A DNA stretch of 61,577 bases, the filler included. It is 8 parts of 8 records of this genome, joined end to end, with 100 filler letters (N's around TTAATTAATTAA, not from the genome) between each part and the next. Parts side by side here need not be neighbours in the genome. Positions count along the whole stretch, not along the records: positions 55,172 to 61,577 come from SRR31156797_40390; 7 more parts are not named here. The stretch is one strand, 5' to 3'. Made by a program: the position numbers and the translations under genes. This document shows, in pieces, positions 59,341 to 61,577 of this stretch. Below the pieces are notes generated by a model, which did not search any database, was not told the origin of the DNA, and worked only from the letters and a program-made list of their open reading frames with translations. How positions within the stretch are numbered: position 1 is the first letter of the stretch; every line of letters starts with the position of its first letter.

Positions 59341-61577
59341 ATGAGATTGGATTTAATGAAGAATAGATTTGCAAAATACTATTTAATATTCTTGGTATTA
59401 ATGTTAGGATCAACATTATTTGCAGACGAATTTATTGTCAAATCATTTACTGAATTGAAAAATGATCTTTCTGCTAGAAAATATGTCCAATATGATATTA
59501 ATGGCGCTCCCTGTGCTCTGATAAAAGTACGGACAGATATAAACAATCCAATCAGTTTTGATTCAAACATGGGTATCCCGATTGCCCCTGAACTTAAAGT
59601 TAAAGGTGAATATTGGGTTTATGTAGTAGAGGGTGAAAGAGCTCTTAAATTTATGGCGAATGATTTTATTCCAAAGAACTACACATTAGAAAGTGCTGGT
59701 ATAATTAGTTCATTAAAAGTTTATGAACTTTGTTTGAGCTCAGAAGAATTAAATGCTGTTGAATTACCAGTTTTAATTTTAACAGACCCCCCCGATGCTG
59801 AGAAATGGGTGAATGGGGAGTATTTGGGCCGTGAACAAACATATGTTTTACCAGTTGGAAATTATAGGCTATTAATCAAGAAAGATGGTTACTATAATTT
59901 TGAAAAATACATTTCAGTTAATGAAAATAGTGTACTATTTGACAAAATTATTCTAAATAAAATCGAACCATTGCCAATTGAGATTATATCAAATCCCTCA
60001 AATGCTGACATATATATTAACAATACTTATAGAGGTAAGACCAATAAGGGGATGTACTTGTTTCCGGGAGAATATGAGTTGAAATTATTTAAAGCAGATC
60101 ATATAACAACTTCTGATACAATTTGCATTGAAAAGGGTTTAAAAAATACTTTTAATTATTCTTTAGAGTGGAATTATGGATTATTAAATATAAAAGTTGA
60201 GCCTAGAAATGCAACTATACTCATTGATAATACTGAATATATTGATCATACTGATATTAAACTTCAAGAAGGTGAGCACAAAATTGAGATATTTTCAACT
60301 GGTTATAATAGTAAAGTATATAGTATAGATATTGATAAAGGAGATGTTTTAAAGAAGGATTTTAGACTTGAAAAAAGCACTATAACTGTTGAAGTACTTG
60401 TTAATCCAGCAAATGCAACAATACTTATTGATAAGAAAGACTTTACTGAGAAATCAGAGTTAGAATTATCTCCAGGTACTCATTTAATCGAAATTCTAAA
60501 GGAAGGTTATATTGCTCAAAATCATCTTATAGAAATTGATGAAAATATGCCCGATAAATTCAGTTATGAATTACTAAAAAATACTGCACAATTAGAACTG
60601 CGAATTAATCCTACAGATGCTCAAGTAACACTAAATAAAGAAGATATTGATGTAAAGGAGATAATTGAAGTTCCTGAAGGACGTTATTTATTGGAAATTT
60701 CTAAAGAAGGATATGAAAGCATTTCAAAAGAAATTAATGTAAAACTAAATATGAGTAATAAGTTTGATTATAGCCTTAAAGAATTAACAGGAGGTATTCA
60801 GATATCAATTAGTCCAGTGCAAAGTTATTGTAAATTAATTAAAAATGGTGAAGAGGTTATATCATGGACAGGAATGCTAAGAAAGGATGGTATTCATGTT
60901 GGAGATTATGAATTAGTTATTGAGGCTGAGGGATATAAAAGTCAAAGAAAAATAATAACAATAAATAACAATGCAATCAATTACTTAAATATTGAATTGA
61001 TAGATGAAAATACTTCTTCTCAATATGATGATTATACAAAATATGCAAAAGTAATTGATTCTCTTGGAATAGAATTAGCAAACATTCCTGCAGGAAGATA
61101 TTTAATTGGTTCATATAAAAATGACCAAGATGAAAATAAAGTTCATGATGTTTATATTAACGGCTTTCTAATGGCAAAAACAGAAATAACACAACAACAA
61201 TTCGCTAAAGTATTTGGTTCAAAGAAACCTATTGAAAAAAAAGAATTGCCTAAAAGGGATGTAACTTGGGATTTAGCAACACGATTCTGTAATAAACTAA
61301 GTATTTTGTCCGGTCTAGATCCAGTTTATACTTTTACCAAAAATGCAACTTTTTGTGACTTTAATAAGAATGGATTTCGTTTACCTACGGAGGCTGAGTG
61401 GGAATACGCCGCTTGTGGGGGTGAATATTATAGATGGAGTGGAACAAATTTTGAAAAAGAAATTGATGATTATATTTGGTGTGCTAGCAATAGTGATAAA
61501 TCAATCCAAAAAGTTGCAACAAAGAAACCTAATGGCTATGGACTTTTTGATATGAGCGGTAATGTATGGGAATGGTG
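59341..61577 (+). CDS. Exported PEGA-domain protein with C-terminal FGE-sulfatase domain, 3' truncated (absent from ORF track)
   Basis: Open frame M(RLDL)MKNRFAKYYLIFLVLMLGSTLFADEFIVKSF... to GFRLPTEAEWEYAA...GLFDMSGNVWEW at the window end. Confidence 0.88.
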   Translation, partial: MRLDLMKNRFAKYYLIFLVLMLGSTLFADEFIVKSFTELKNDLSARKYVQYDINGAPCALIKVRTDINNPISFDSNMGIPIAPELKVKGEYWVYVVEGERALKFMANDFIPKNYTLESAGIISSLKVYELCLSSEELNAVELPVLILTDPPDAEKWVNGEYLGREQTYVLPVGNYRLLIKKDGYYNFEKYISVNENSVLFDKIILNKIEPLPIEIISNPSNADIYINNTYRGKTNKGMYLFPGEYELKLFKADHITTSDTICIEKGLKNTFNYSLEWNYGLLNIKVEPRNATILIDNTEYIDHTDIKLQEGEHKIEIFSTGYNSKVYSIDIDKGDVLKKDFRLEKSTITVEVLVNPANATILIDKKDFTEKSELELSPGTHLIEILKEGYIAQNHLIEIDENMPDKFSYELLKNTAQLELRINPTDAQVTLNKEDIDVKEIIEVPEGRYLLEISKEGYESISKEINVKLNMSNKFDYSLKELTGGIQISISPVQSYCKLIKNGEEVISWTGMLRKDGIHVGDYELVIEAEGYKSQRKIITINNNAINYLNIELIDENTSSQYDDYTKYAKVIDSLGIELANIPAGRYLIGSYKNDQDENKVHDVYINGFLMAKTEITQQQFAKVFGSKKPIEKKELPKRDVTWDLATRFCNKLSILSGLDPVYTFTKNATFCDFNKNGFRLPTEAEWEYAACGGEYYRWSGTNFEKEIDDYIWCASNSDKSIQKVATKKPNGYGLFDMSGNVWEW

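Noticed and set aside
55172-61577. Complete diversity-generating retroelement
   Set aside because: No reverse transcriptase, Avd or template repeat; the FGE 3' segments differ at all base types.

Overview
This window is not one locus. It is eight unrelated contigs joined by artificial 100-bp spacers (44 N + TTAATTAATTAA + 44 N) at 7908-8007, 13541-13640, 27120-27219, 32813-32912, 39067-39166, 46485-46584 and 55072-55171, so gene neighbourhoods only mean something within a contig. Taxonomic labels below are inferred from composition and gene content. (1) 1-7907, AT-rich and Arcobacter-like: SprA-related protein, an S24/LysE/EamA operon divergent from an AraC-GyrI regulator, an unannotated 32-aa membrane peptide, OmpA-domain protein, LMW-PTP, C-N hydrolase, PMM/PGM. 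(2) 8008-13540: a double-length UvrA-like ATPase with no UvrB-binding domains, truA, and the tail of a G-[DN]-T repeat protein ending GCSVVIF. (3) 13641-27119, Pseudodesulfovibrio-like: a short RHS protein with a MuF-like tip, a candidate immunity gene and a structured leader, then housekeeping genes (TlpA, ArgA-like GNAT, hpt, DUF3426, atpZ/I/B/E, rex, PhoB-like regulator, DUF3089, DegT, hisI, hisG). (4) 27220-32812, Desulfobacterota-like: a secreted TPR-CHAT protein divergent from a ParB-DNA methyltransferase fusion whose 5' end has four evenly spaced in-frame Shine-Dalgarno+ATG starts. (5) 32913-39066 and (6) 39167-46484: Arcobacter-like housekeeping genes including uvrA, oligopeptidase A and ftsK. 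(7) 46585-55071: a giant Bacteroidota-like HYR/Ig surface protein. (8) 55172-61577: PEGA and FGE-sulfatase (CLec-fold) genes. I saw no rRNA, tRNA, CRISPR array, transposase, integrase or reverse transcriptase. The best candidates for something new are the nested start-site ladder of the ParB-methyltransferase and the RHS module with its MuF-like tip and terminator-containing leader.
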